In this document: one piece after another, positions 1 through 7,369 of the stretch
How positions within the stretch are numbered: position 1 is the stretch's first letter
How the letters are laid out: each line of letters starts with the position of its first letter
IMG/VR virus record: IMGVR_UViG_3300028591_000129
Coordinates: 40,811 to 104,810 of that record
From: a virus
Lineage: Duplodnaviria > Caudoviricetes
Length of the DNA stretch: 64,000 nucleotides
Strand: one strand, 5' to 3'
The notes under the pieces: model-generated
The model's input: only the letters and a program-made list of their open reading frames with translations
Databases searched by the model: none
Told to the model about the DNA's origin: nothing
Made by a program: the position numbers and the translations under genes

Positions 1-322
1 TCTTGGCGTACTTAAGCTCACGCTTCCAATACACTTTCCACTCTTCGTCAGTCTCGACAGCAAGCACTTCCTCGTACCTCTTAATGTCTCTCTTCCAAAT
101 GGCAAGGATTTCTTTCTGCTTGTCAATCTGTCTGTCGACGTCTTCGTTCCAAATAACCTGCGCTTCAGTCAGGTCGTTATTTACGAGCTTCTTACCGTAC
201 TCGTAAATCTTATCCTTGGGTATGTCAGAATTCATATACATAACCTCAAGGTCTTTGAATACCTGAAAATTCTGTGCAGTGTCTCTGCAACCCGTACCTG
301 CAATAAATTCTTCGTATAACAT
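1..322 (-). CDS. hypothetical phage protein, runs off the window edge
   Basis: ATG at 322 behind GAGGGGG; open frame MLYEEFIAGTGCRDTAQNFQVFKDLEVMYMNSD... to position 1 (translated by hand). Confidence 0.7.
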   Translation of the reverse strand, partial: MLYEEFIAGTGCRDTAQNFQVFKDLEVMYMNSDIPKDKIYEYGKKLVNNDLTEAQVIWNEDVDRQIDKQKEILAIWKRDIKRYEEVLAVETDEEWKVYWKRELKYAK

Positions 323-325
323 TGA

Positions 326-511
326 TTACACCCCCTCACGTTTAACTGAAATTACCTTGTACTTGTCTTCGTGCTCGTGCAAAATCCGCACGACACGGTG
401 ATAATCCTCATATGTGTATGACGTGTGCTCTCGCGCATATCCGCCAAAGGGCTCTTTGTACAGCCACACATATCTAATCGTGATAGGCTTGCGCATTTTC
501 TTTTCTTCCAT
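326..511 (-). CDS. hypothetical protein
   Basis: ORF track; AAACTCATAGAAAGGAG leader and promoter upstream. Confidence 0.7.
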   Translation of the reverse strand: MEEKKMRKPITIRYVWLYKEPFGGYAREHTSYTYEDYHRVVRILHEHEDKYKVISVKREGV

Positions 512-550
512 ATCTGTTTCTCCTTTCTATGAGTTTCTATTTGCACTTAT

Positions 551-579
551 AAGGTAACATAGTAAGTATAGTTTGTCAA
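551..579 (-). promoter_or_regulatory. sigmaA-type promoter
   Basis: TTGACA-17bp-TACCTT with TG extension; near-identical to the promoters at 2571-2599 and 3578-3606. Confidence 0.7.
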
Positions 580-617
580 GCATAAATTTAGGACAGCTTT
601 TGACTGCCCTAAAAGTC

Positions 618-734
618 TTACTTTTTCTTTTTGCTTTCCTTGTACTTCTTAATCTCGCTCGGCTTGGGCGCAGGGCGCTTCTTTACGAGTTTTACAGGGT
701 TAAGCAGGTCTCGATTTTCGATTCTCTTTGTCAT
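618..734 (-). CDS. 38-aa Lys-rich peptide following the JAB-like gene
   Basis: MTKRIENRDLLNPVKLVKKRPAPKPSEIKKYKESKKKK; GAGGTG RBS overlaps the upstream stop. Confidence 0.65.
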   Translation of the reverse strand: MTKRIENRDLLNPVKLVKKRPAPKPSEIKKYKESKKKK

Positions 735-739
735 TTTAA

Positions 740-1489
740 TCACCTCTCTAATCCGTATGTGTATCCGTACTTGCCTTGGTTCTCTAACAGCCAATTGTGA
801 GCATTTATATGTGCCACATTGTTTATCCTGTTCAACTGTGCCACGCAATTGTTATATGCTTGGTCGTTCTGTGTGGCGTACTCGGCGCGACTTATCTCAC
901 CTCGCACGCACCTATTCCACAACTCCCTTGATAACGCCCTATATTCTCGTGTTATCGGTGACGCTTGTGCACTTGCTGACCTGCTATTCTCACGTATAAA
1001 GTGTGCATAGTCATTAGCAAACGCAACTGCACTTGCGCGGTCAGCAATCATTGCGGGCGACTTGGTTATGCTGTAAGTGCCCTCGGAAGCAACTGCACGA
1101 AATGAAGATATATTGAACCTTGCCCAATTGTTAATATCTGCGTCGCTGAATGTGCCACCAAGTTCGTCACTTGAGTAGCCTGACCTCGGGTGGATATGTG
1201 AAAAATAATCACCATTGATAAATGCTCGTACAGACGACTTAACAGCGCCCTTACCGCCTCTACGTTCCTCAAGCACCGTTCCGTCAGCAGTTACTACCAT
1301 ACCAAATTCTATCTTGGCGTTCTTACGCTTACTCTCAAACTCTTGTATGCTCCTTGGCATTACGGGGCTTCCGCTATCCGCACTGTATACGAGCGGAATA
1401 TCAACGGTAATCTGACCTCTTGCGCCAAGGTCAACGTCCGTTACGCCTATCGAACGGCTGTTATTATTGTCACTTCCCGAGCTTCCCAT
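740..1489 (-). CDS. JAB/MPN-like metalloenzyme with MGSSG N-terminus
   Basis: E (KIEFG) ... SHIHP ... TFSDAD matches the JAB E-xn-HxH-xn-S-xx-D pattern. Confidence 0.6.
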   Translation of the reverse strand: MGSSGSDNNNSRSIGVTDVDLGARGQITVDIPLVYSADSGSPVMPRSIQEFESKRKNAKIEFGMVVTADGTVLEERRGGKGAVKSSVRAFINGDYFSHIHPRSGYSSDELGGTFSDADINNWARFNISSFRAVASEGTYSITKSPAMIADRASAVAFANDYAHFIRENSRSASAQASPITREYRALSRELWNRCVRGEISRAEYATQNDQAYNNCVAQLNRINNVAHINAHNWLLENQGKYGYTYGLER

Positions 1490-1504
1490 TAGCTTCTTCT
1501 CCTG

Positions 1505-1642
1505 TCACTTCTTACTGTTAAGCTTCTTCTTAAGTGCATTGACTGCCTTTGTATTCTTTGTGTTCTTAACAGGATTGTTTGTGTCATTGTCCGTAGCGAC
1601 AAACCTCATTTTTGCGTTGTTGTCTCTCTTTGTTCTCGGCAC
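1505..1642 (-). CDS. 45-aa Lys-rich peptide, RFVAT family
   Basis: GTG at 1642 behind GGGGGG RBS; MPRTKRDNNAKMRFVATD...KKKLNSKK. Confidence 0.65.
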   Translation of the reverse strand: MPRTKRDNNAKMRFVATDNDTNNPVKNTKNTKAVNALKKKLNSKK

Positions 1643-1659
1643 TTTCAATTCCCCCCTTT

Positions 1660-2397
1660 TTATAAGATTACGTCTATCTCCAAGTACGCCGCGTTCTCGC
1701 CTCTTGCTGTTGACCACTCACGTACTATCCTCGCGTCACCCGTGAAGTTATAGTGCTGATTTCTCTGCACAAGTACCTCGTGTTCTGCGTGATTGTTCGT
1801 CATTATCGCACCCGTACCCTGTTGGACTACTACCCTAAATCGTACAGGGTATGCGTCGAATGTTCCGTGCCCCTTTGTGTATGTCAGTGACGTATATGCA
1901 CGCTGTGTATAGTCCGTTGACTGCAACACATCTCGAAGTGCACTGCTCATACTCGGGTCTGACGCCATTGCCACTTTAAGCCTGCCAAGCTCGCTCTCGC
2001 TTAATCCGAGTATACGAGAAGCTGACCTCAATGACACGTACCTGTACGCTAACAAGTCCTCTGACATAGGCTTCATACCGTTGTCTATCTGTGCTATGTC
2101 CCGCTTAATGTCGCTCTCGCTGTACCCCAAACGTGTCCAATCACTGTCAGGACTTCCGACCTTGCCTGTGTTCAGATAATAGTTAATATCGAATGCCTTT
2201 GAGGTCTTTACATACACCTTTTTACGGGACGGTGCGTCAGGGTCACCTGCTTCATAGCCTGTCTGACCCATATCATTCTGCAACCTGCGCACTTCCTCAC
2301 GCTGTTCCGACCTTGTAAGCCCCTCTAAATTGGTAGCTTCCTCGAACGGGTCGCGCTCCGAAGCGGTGTTTGTTATACGTTCCCCTCGACTGCCCAT
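1660..2397 (-). CDS. ADP-ribosyltransferase, R-S-E (VIP2-like) family, ExE type
   Basis: INYYLN helix, LAYRY (R), AYTSLT (S), AEHEVLVQRN (ExE); N-terminus MGSRG. Confidence 0.75.
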   Translation of the reverse strand: MGSRGERITNTASERDPFEEATNLEGLTRSEQREEVRRLQNDMGQTGYEAGDPDAPSRKKVYVKTSKAFDINYYLNTGKVGSPDSDWTRLGYSESDIKRDIAQIDNGMKPMSEDLLAYRYVSLRSASRILGLSESELGRLKVAMASDPSMSSALRDVLQSTDYTQRAYTSLTYTKGHGTFDAYPVRFRVVVQQGTGAIMTNNHAEHEVLVQRNQHYNFTGDARIVREWSTARGENAAYLEIDVIL

Positions 2398-2401
2398 TCG
2401 A

Positions 2402-2539
2402 TTACTTCTTCACAATCTTAAGCAGACCGTTAGGCATTTTCTCGAACTTCTCGTCAGGCTTAAGCATTCTGCCATATGCAGGTGCGTCAAATCCCGACTT
2501 CTTTTTTGCGTTCTTCTTCGCTGTCTTCTTGTTAGCCAT
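2402..2539 (-). CDS. 45-aa Lys-rich peptide, SGFDAPAYG family
   Basis: MANKKTAKKNAKKKSGFDAPAYGRMLKP...; own promoter and RBS. Confidence 0.75.
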   Translation of the reverse strand: MANKKTAKKNAKKKSGFDAPAYGRMLKPDEKFEKMPNGLLKIVKK

Positions 2540-2570
2540 TACCTTAACCCCTTTCGTGTTGTTTGAGTAT

Positions 2571-2599
2571 ATACTAACATAGTAAGTATAATTTGTCAA
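2571..2599 (-). promoter_or_regulatory. sigmaA-type promoter directly after the ART stop codon
   Basis: TTGACA-17bp-TAGTAT with TG extension. Confidence 0.7.
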
Positions 2600-2601
2600 C
2601 A

Positions 2602-3360
2602 TTAGCTATAATCGTGCTCGATACGTCTGACGACTTCAAGTACAACACGATACTCGGCGCGTCCGTGTGCTCTTCCGCTACCGCCTACGCGCTCATATGA
2701 TACAGGCATAAGAATAAGGTCTCTGTTTAACATAAACTCGCGTTGTCTGTCGCCGTAGTAAGAATTAACGTCGTCGTTACCTAACCACATACCGTAGCCT
2801 GTGCCCGACGGAACTCTAATCTCGTACTCAATCTGCTTGTTACTTCCGATTGTGAGACCCTCACGTGCCGCACCCGTAGACATATTACCTCTTGAATATA
2901 TTTCCTGTCCTATCATACGCTGTATATCCTCTTCCGTTGCTGTCCTGTTTCCTTTTCCCAACAATAACTCAGCCGTTGCACGACGGTGTACCACAAAAGG
3001 GGTATTAATCGTTGAACGGTCAAGGTACTTATCGTATATCCGAGTGGCGTCTTGGTCTTCCTTGTCCATTTTACTGAAACCCTCGTACTGCTGTCCGTCC
3101 ATAAAATGACCATATACCCAAGTGTGGTCAAATGCTAACCACTCGTCACGGTCTTTATTTATCTCGTCATAAAGCTCTTGGGCATTACTATGCTCCAAGA
3201 ACCAACGATTAGTCGCGCCCCCGTCACGCTCATAATTATGCGTATCCGAGTGCCGACTATCGAATGTTTTATATTCGTCCTTGTCCTTGCGTCTTACAGG
3301 CAGTTCACCGCCCGATACTGCGCCTGTGCTCCCCGCAGAAACTCTTCCTGTACTTCCCAC
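2602..3360 (-). CDS. ADP-ribosyltransferase, R-S-E family, QxE type
   Basis: VVHRR (R), GNMSTG (STS-like), YYGDRQREFMLNRD (QxE); N-terminus MGSTG. Confidence 0.75.
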   Translation of the reverse strand: MGSTGRVSAGSTGAVSGGELPVRRKDKDEYKTFDSRHSDTHNYERDGGATNRWFLEHSNAQELYDEINKDRDEWLAFDHTWVYGHFMDGQQYEGFSKMDKEDQDATRIYDKYLDRSTINTPFVVHRRATAELLLGKGNRTATEEDIQRMIGQEIYSRGNMSTGAAREGLTIGSNKQIEYEIRVPSGTGYGMWLGNDDVNSYYGDRQREFMLNRDLILMPVSYERVGGSGRAHGRAEYRVVLEVVRRIEHDYS

Positions 3361-3385
3361 GGCTAATTCTCCTTACACCAAATGC

Positions 3386-3547
3386 TTATTTCTTTGCTCC
3401 CTTGGGTGGTATCATTCTGTATGTTCCGTCGGGAAGCTTCTTGTATGTTGTTCCCTTGGGTACGATTTCACCGTAAGCGGGTGCGTCGAAACCGCTCTTT
3501 CTCTCTGTTGCCTTTGTGTTCTTCTTTGTTGTTTTCTTATTTGCCAT
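3386..3547 (-). CDS. 53-aa Lys-rich peptide, SGFDAPAYG family (not in ORF track)
   Basis: GGAGG RBS; MANKKTTKKNTKATERKSGFDAPAYGEIVPKGTTYKKLPDGTYRMIPPKGAKK. Confidence 0.8.
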   Translation of the reverse strand: MANKKTTKKNTKATERKSGFDAPAYGEIVPKGTTYKKLPDGTYRMIPPKGAKK

Positions 3548-3577
3548 TTTTAGTTCCTCCTTGTATTGTTTGAGTAT

Positions 3578-3606
3578 ATACTAACATAGTAAGTATAGTT
3601 TGTCAA
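3578..3606 (-). promoter_or_regulatory. sigmaA-type promoter directly after the ART stop codon
   Basis: TTGACA-17bp-TAGTAT; one mismatch to 2571-2599. Confidence 0.7.
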
Positions 3607-3609
3607 CTA

Positions 3610-4365
3610 TTAATCGTAATTATGTGGCTGTCTGCCTATATACTCAAGAATTACACGATATTCAGGCGCGGTATCCCACGTCCTATCTTCAATATCTTGC
3701 CTCTCACTTTGTGATATACGCTCATAACCAACTATACGATATGCAGTGTCTCTATTCAGCATAAATTCACGTTGTTGGTCTCCCCAAGTAGGGTTTACAC
3801 TATTGTGTCCTATATACATTCCTGCACCAACAGAGCCCGCAGGGATACGGATAGTATAGTCAATAGGCTTGGAAGCGCCTCTTCCGATAGTAAGTCCGTC
3901 TGCCGCTGCTCCCGTAGACATATTACCGAGAGATATGACCTCATTACCTACTGCATTACGCAACATTTCTTCAGTAACACTGCGTCTGCCCTCTCCGAAT
4001 AATAACTCGGGCGTAGCTCGTCTATGTACTTCAACGCCCTCATTAATGACGGAACGGTCAAGAATATTATCGTAAATACGCGTGTATGTCTGTCTTGTGT
4101 CGTCCATATCAGAGAACTTGCCATACTGTTGACCGCCCATAAAATGACCACGTTCCCAATAGTCAAACGCGTTCAAATGCGCCCTCACCTCGGGGTATAA
4201 CTCTTCAACATTAGAATTTTGTTCAAACCAACGGTAGGTTGCACCTCGGTCACTTTCATAATTATGTGTGCCCTCTGCTTCCCACTTAAATTGGTGGTAC
4301 TTGCCGTCACTTGCACCCGCAAGCATTCGACTTCCCTTATTTTCGTTACCCCCTGTGCTTCCCAC
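3610..4365 (-). CDS. ADP-ribosyltransferase, R-S-E family, QxE type; paralog of 2602-3360
   Basis: EVHRR, GNMSTG, WGDQQREFMLNRD; same TAAGGAGAATTAGCCGTGGGAAG start region as 2602-3360. Confidence 0.75.
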   Translation of the reverse strand: MGSTGGNENKGSRMLAGASDGKYHQFKWEAEGTHNYESDRGATYRWFEQNSNVEELYPEVRAHLNAFDYWERGHFMGGQQYGKFSDMDDTRQTYTRIYDNILDRSVINEGVEVHRRATPELLFGEGRRSVTEEMLRNAVGNEVISLGNMSTGAAADGLTIGRGASKPIDYTIRIPAGSVGAGMYIGHNSVNPTWGDQQREFMLNRDTAYRIVGYERISQSERQDIEDRTWDTAPEYRVILEYIGRQPHNYD

Positions 4366-4390
4366 GGCTAATTCTCCTTATCCTGACTAA

Positions 4391-4495
4391 TTACTTCTTC
4401 TCGGGCTTCTTCTTTCCCTTGGTAATTGTCATTCCTTTGCCTGTTGCAACAAAGCGAGCTTTTGCTTTCTTTGTATCTTCCTTGATATTTGCCAT
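4391..4495 (-). CDS. 34-aa Lys-rich peptide, RFVAT family (not in ORF track)
   Basis: MANIKEDTKKAKARFVATGKGMTITKGKKKPEKK; AGGGGA RBS. Confidence 0.75.
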   Translation of the reverse strand: MANIKEDTKKAKARFVATGKGMTITKGKKKPEKK

Positions 4496-4524
4496 TTCCG
4501 ACTTCCCCTTTCTCGTTTTCTTAC

Positions 4525-4552
4525 ATTATATCACGGTAATTACTACTGTCAA
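4525..4552 (-). promoter_or_regulatory. sigmaA-type promoter overlapping the ART stop codon
   Basis: TTGACA-16bp-TATAAT with TGn extension; the TGA stop lies inside the -35 box. Confidence 0.7.
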
Positions 4553-5247
4553 GGCACTGTCTCTACGGATATAATCAACTGTCTTCCGTCGGCGGACACT
4601 TGTATATCATTAATGCCATAACCGACATTACGGGACAGCACGCACTCCGATTCCATTCCTGTCGGACTGAATATGGCGGGTGTACCCGCTTTTGCGTCGA
4701 TATTTATGCGTACTCTACGATACGAGAACTCCGAATCGGTCAAGGACGTGTCATATGTTGTTGACATATATGCGTGCTCACGCACAAAGTCACCAAGAAG
4801 CACCCTGCGAAGCTCTGCTACGTCATTTTCGTCGAACTTTCTAAAGCCTTTTGAGGCGTCCATAAGGCGTCCTCTCACGTCGTCGTCCAACTCTGCCCCA
4901 CCGTTCGTTATCAAATTCTCTAAATAGCCATTATCCGCCATTCGGACTAACTCAATATCTTTGTTGAGTGGAAGCATACTTTTGTCCATTGCGTCTATCG
5001 TCCTGTATGCCTCTGCAAGCTCGTCCTCGTCACCATATTCAAGCTCAAGTGACGCGCGTACGCTTATTCCGTCGGCTACCGCGTCTCGTAATGCGCCGTT
5101 AATCTTCCACGAGTTTGCAGACTGAAAATAGCCCGAGTTATATATGCCTGACCTGTGCACCATATGTGTAAAGTCGTCGGGGTTTATCTTCGTATAATGT
5201 GTATCTACGTCCGAGTAGTTATCTTTGCTACCGCCTGAACTGCCCAT
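4549..5247 (-). CDS. ADP-ribosyltransferase, R-S-E family, ExE type
   Basis: INGALRD, ELVRM (R), AYMSTT (STT), MESECVLSRN (ExE); start MGSSGG overlaps the upstream stop (TAATG). Confidence 0.75.
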   Translation of the reverse strand: MGSSGGSKDNYSDVDTHYTKINPDDFTHMVHRSGIYNSGYFQSANSWKINGALRDAVADGISVRASLELEYGDEDELAEAYRTIDAMDKSMLPLNKDIELVRMADNGYLENLITNGGAELDDDVRGRLMDASKGFRKFDENDVAELRRVLLGDFVREHAYMSTTYDTSLTDSEFSYRRVRINIDAKAGTPAIFSPTGMESECVLSRNVGYGINDIQVSADGRQLIISVETVP

Positions 5248-5396
5248 TATCTCTTTTTCCTTTTTCGCTCTGTCCAACCGCTCTCTTCGATAGCCTTGCC
5301 TTGCGCTTCAGCTTTCCTACGGGCATTTTTGGCGCGATAGACTTTGCCCGTCGTACCCCATTGGTATCCGTCTTTACCGACCTTATGAACAGGCAT
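5247..5396 (-). CDS. 49-aa small basic protein (not in ORF track)
   Basis: MPVHKVGKDGYQWGTTGKVYRAKNARRKAEAQGKAIEESGWTERKRKKR; GAGG RBS; translationally coupled. Confidence 0.7.
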   Translation of the reverse strand: MPVHKVGKDGYQWGTTGKVYRAKNARRKAEAQGKAIEESGWTERKRKKR

Positions 5397-5401
5397 AGCG
5401 A

Positions 5402-5551
5402 TTACCTCTTCTTATCCTTGACAATCATATGACGTCCGTTGACCGTTACCCAACGCTCGCCTTTCTTAAGCTGACTGTCAATCTTGTCGAAGCTTGCTCT
5501 CTCCTTGGCTGTGACCTTATGCGGTCTCGGTGCGCTCTTCTTCTTCGCCAT
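5402..5551 (-). CDS. 49-aa small basic protein with WVTVNGRH motif (not in ORF track)
   Basis: GGGAG RBS; MAKKKSAPRPHKV...GERWVTVNGRHMIVKDKKR. Confidence 0.7.
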   Translation of the reverse strand: MAKKKSAPRPHKVTAKERASFDKIDSQLKKGERWVTVNGRHMIVKDKKR

Positions 5552-5589
5552 AATGTTCTATCTCCCATTATCCTGTCGAGGGCTTATTC

Positions 5590-5602
5590 ACTTATCAGTA
5601 TA
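5590..5602 (-). promoter_or_regulatory. candidate late promoter TATACTGATAAGT
   Basis: identical 13-mer at 34714-34726 upstream of the terminase-containing operon; no canonical -35 at either copy. Confidence 0.4.
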
Positions 5603-5605
5603 ACA

Positions 5606-5637
5606 TAAAAGTGCCTCAAGCGAACTCAAGGCACTTT
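5606..5637 (-). terminator. intrinsic terminator after the DUF2828-like gene
   Basis: AAAGTGCCTTGAG...CTTGAGGCACTTTT hairpin with T tract. Confidence 0.6.
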
Positions 5638-5642
5638 ATATC

Positions 5643-7115
5643 TCACGCTGTTATGTCCTTATACCTGTCAGACGCAAGAATTTCATTCATAACGTCCAAC
5701 GGTGTCTTCCCCAAGTTATCCATTACCTGCTTCATAATGTTCGGTGAGTATCCTGACACGAGGGACACGCAACTGTCCGACATAGACGCGTGGTAAGTAG
5801 GGTTGACCGCATTCACGTTCCAATAGATAACGTGAGGCAGTCTGTACCCTGCACGCTCGTACTCACCGCGTACGACGTCAGTGAACGTCATAAAGCCGTC
5901 ACTATCACAGCCACGGACACAGTCTACCTGCATATCGGATATGACACAGATAGCTTCAGGCATTTCGTCAGGGTCGATATGATACTTAACGCCTATCTCA
6001 AGTATCCTGTCAAAGACAGCCTTGAGGTTAGTGGAATTACCCCACTCGGAACGATGTACGTCTTCGTACATTTGCCCAAGCGTCTCACCTTTAATCTCTT
6101 TGAGCGTAGGTGTGCTTGAGAAAGTAAAGAACTTGTCCTTGAACTCACCGACGTTGTTCTGTGCGAAGTAGATACCAAGAGAGATAGCAACCGTGAGCGG
6201 TGACATACCGCCACGCCCCCAAGTCATTGAGCCTGAAGTATCCACGACGGCAAGGGCTCTTGTCGTGACCTTGGGTAACTGTGCCCACATAGTGTTTATC
6301 TCGACAGAGTTATCACCCTTGACCACTTTCTGCATAATGTCACACGGATTAGCCGTCGCCATATTCATTTTGGCGTCACCTGTCTTGACCTTGGAAATGT
6401 ACGCGGTGTATCTTTCCCCGTCGTGCCTCTTGAACGCTTCCCTGTTCTGCACGTTACACTTTGAGGGGACTGTCTCGTAGTCAATCTCGCCCCAACGGTT
6501 CGTGGACATTTTAGCTTCAGGGGTGTCTATCGCTTTTCTCAAGGCAACAAGGGCTTTCCTGTACACTGACATAGTCTTAAAGGAATACCCTAACTTCTTG
6601 GCTGTAAGCTTACCTAACTCTGCTGTCTTCTTTGAGGACGCATTCGGTGTGGCAAGCCACTTCGAGAGCAAGGATACAGGCTTGCCCTCCGCGAGGTTAT
6701 GCAAGTCTCTGCGGTACTGACAGGCAATGAAGTCCCACATAGCGTTCTCGGCAGGTGTCCCTATGAGACTGTACAAGTCTTTAGCTCGACCAAACTCAAG
6801 CACGTTGGGAATGTTCTTGACGACGCTGTCAGTATGCGTCTCCGCCAAGTGAGCGAAAATCTGATTAAAGGCGTCTCTCTCCCCAAGCCCGCCACGAATG
6901 TCACGGGCATAGAACAACAGCTTCATAGCACTGTCCTTATCTTCCTTATACGCCTCGTCGAACAGGTCACATTTAGCGTACGCAGACGCCCCGCGAAGAG
7001 CGCCCACTCTCCCAAGGAAGTCAAGACACCTGTTCGAAGTAGACGTAAGGCAGTCAGCCCCATTCCACGTCTTGCCGTGTGTCAGTTCAATGTTAAACGC
7101 GTCAGAAAAATTCAT
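5643..7115 (-). CDS. DUF2828 / TROVE(Ro60)-like protein with C-terminal vWA domain
   Basis: LFYARDIRGGLGER, SLLSKWL, MIDAS motif VVDTSGSM, STNL, ISDMQ, YWNV. Confidence 0.8.
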   Translation of the reverse strand: MNFSDAFNIELTHGKTWNGADCLTSTSNRCLDFLGRVGALRGASAYAKCDLFDEAYKEDKDSAMKLLFYARDIRGGLGERDAFNQIFAHLAETHTDSVVKNIPNVLEFGRAKDLYSLIGTPAENAMWDFIACQYRRDLHNLAEGKPVSLLSKWLATPNASSKKTAELGKLTAKKLGYSFKTMSVYRKALVALRKAIDTPEAKMSTNRWGEIDYETVPSKCNVQNREAFKRHDGERYTAYISKVKTGDAKMNMATANPCDIMQKVVKGDNSVEINTMWAQLPKVTTRALAVVDTSGSMTWGRGGMSPLTVAISLGIYFAQNNVGEFKDKFFTFSSTPTLKEIKGETLGQMYEDVHRSEWGNSTNLKAVFDRILEIGVKYHIDPDEMPEAICVISDMQVDCVRGCDSDGFMTFTDVVRGEYERAGYRLPHVIYWNVNAVNPTYHASMSDSCVSLVSGYSPNIMKQVMDNLGKTPLDVMNEILASDRYKDITA

Positions 7116-7191
7116 AAAAAATACCTCCTACTCTCTAACGTCCTTTGTGTCGCTATCAACCAAGGCAGTTAAATCGTAAAAGGTTTAAGAC

Positions 7192-7326
7192 AAGACCCCG
7201 TGTGGTTTTATTCTGCATATCTGTTTATCATAAGAGTTGCTGTATGGGTCTTTCACCTTATGTTCATAGCAACGAGACACCGTTTCATATCCGCATTATG
7301 TAAAATCATTTTGCTGTCTGTGTCTC
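7192..7326 (-). ncRNA. two tandem ACAGCAA stem-loops (candidate Y-RNA-like or leader elements)
   Basis: GAGACAC-AGACAGCAA...GTGTCTC (7326-7274) and AAGACCC-ATACAGCAA...GGGTCTT (7252-7192). Confidence 0.45.
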
Positions 7327-7340
7327 AACTAATCAAACAT

Positions 7341-7369
7341 AGTATATATCTATTCAAGCGCACTGTCAA
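7341..7369 (-). promoter_or_regulatory. sigmaA-type promoter for the stem-loops and DUF2828-like gene
   Basis: TTGACA-17bp-TATACT. Confidence 0.75.

Noticed and set aside
740-5247. MGS N-termini as myristoylation signals
   Set aside because: Bacterial hosts lack N-myristoyltransferase and the position-6 Ser is not conserved.
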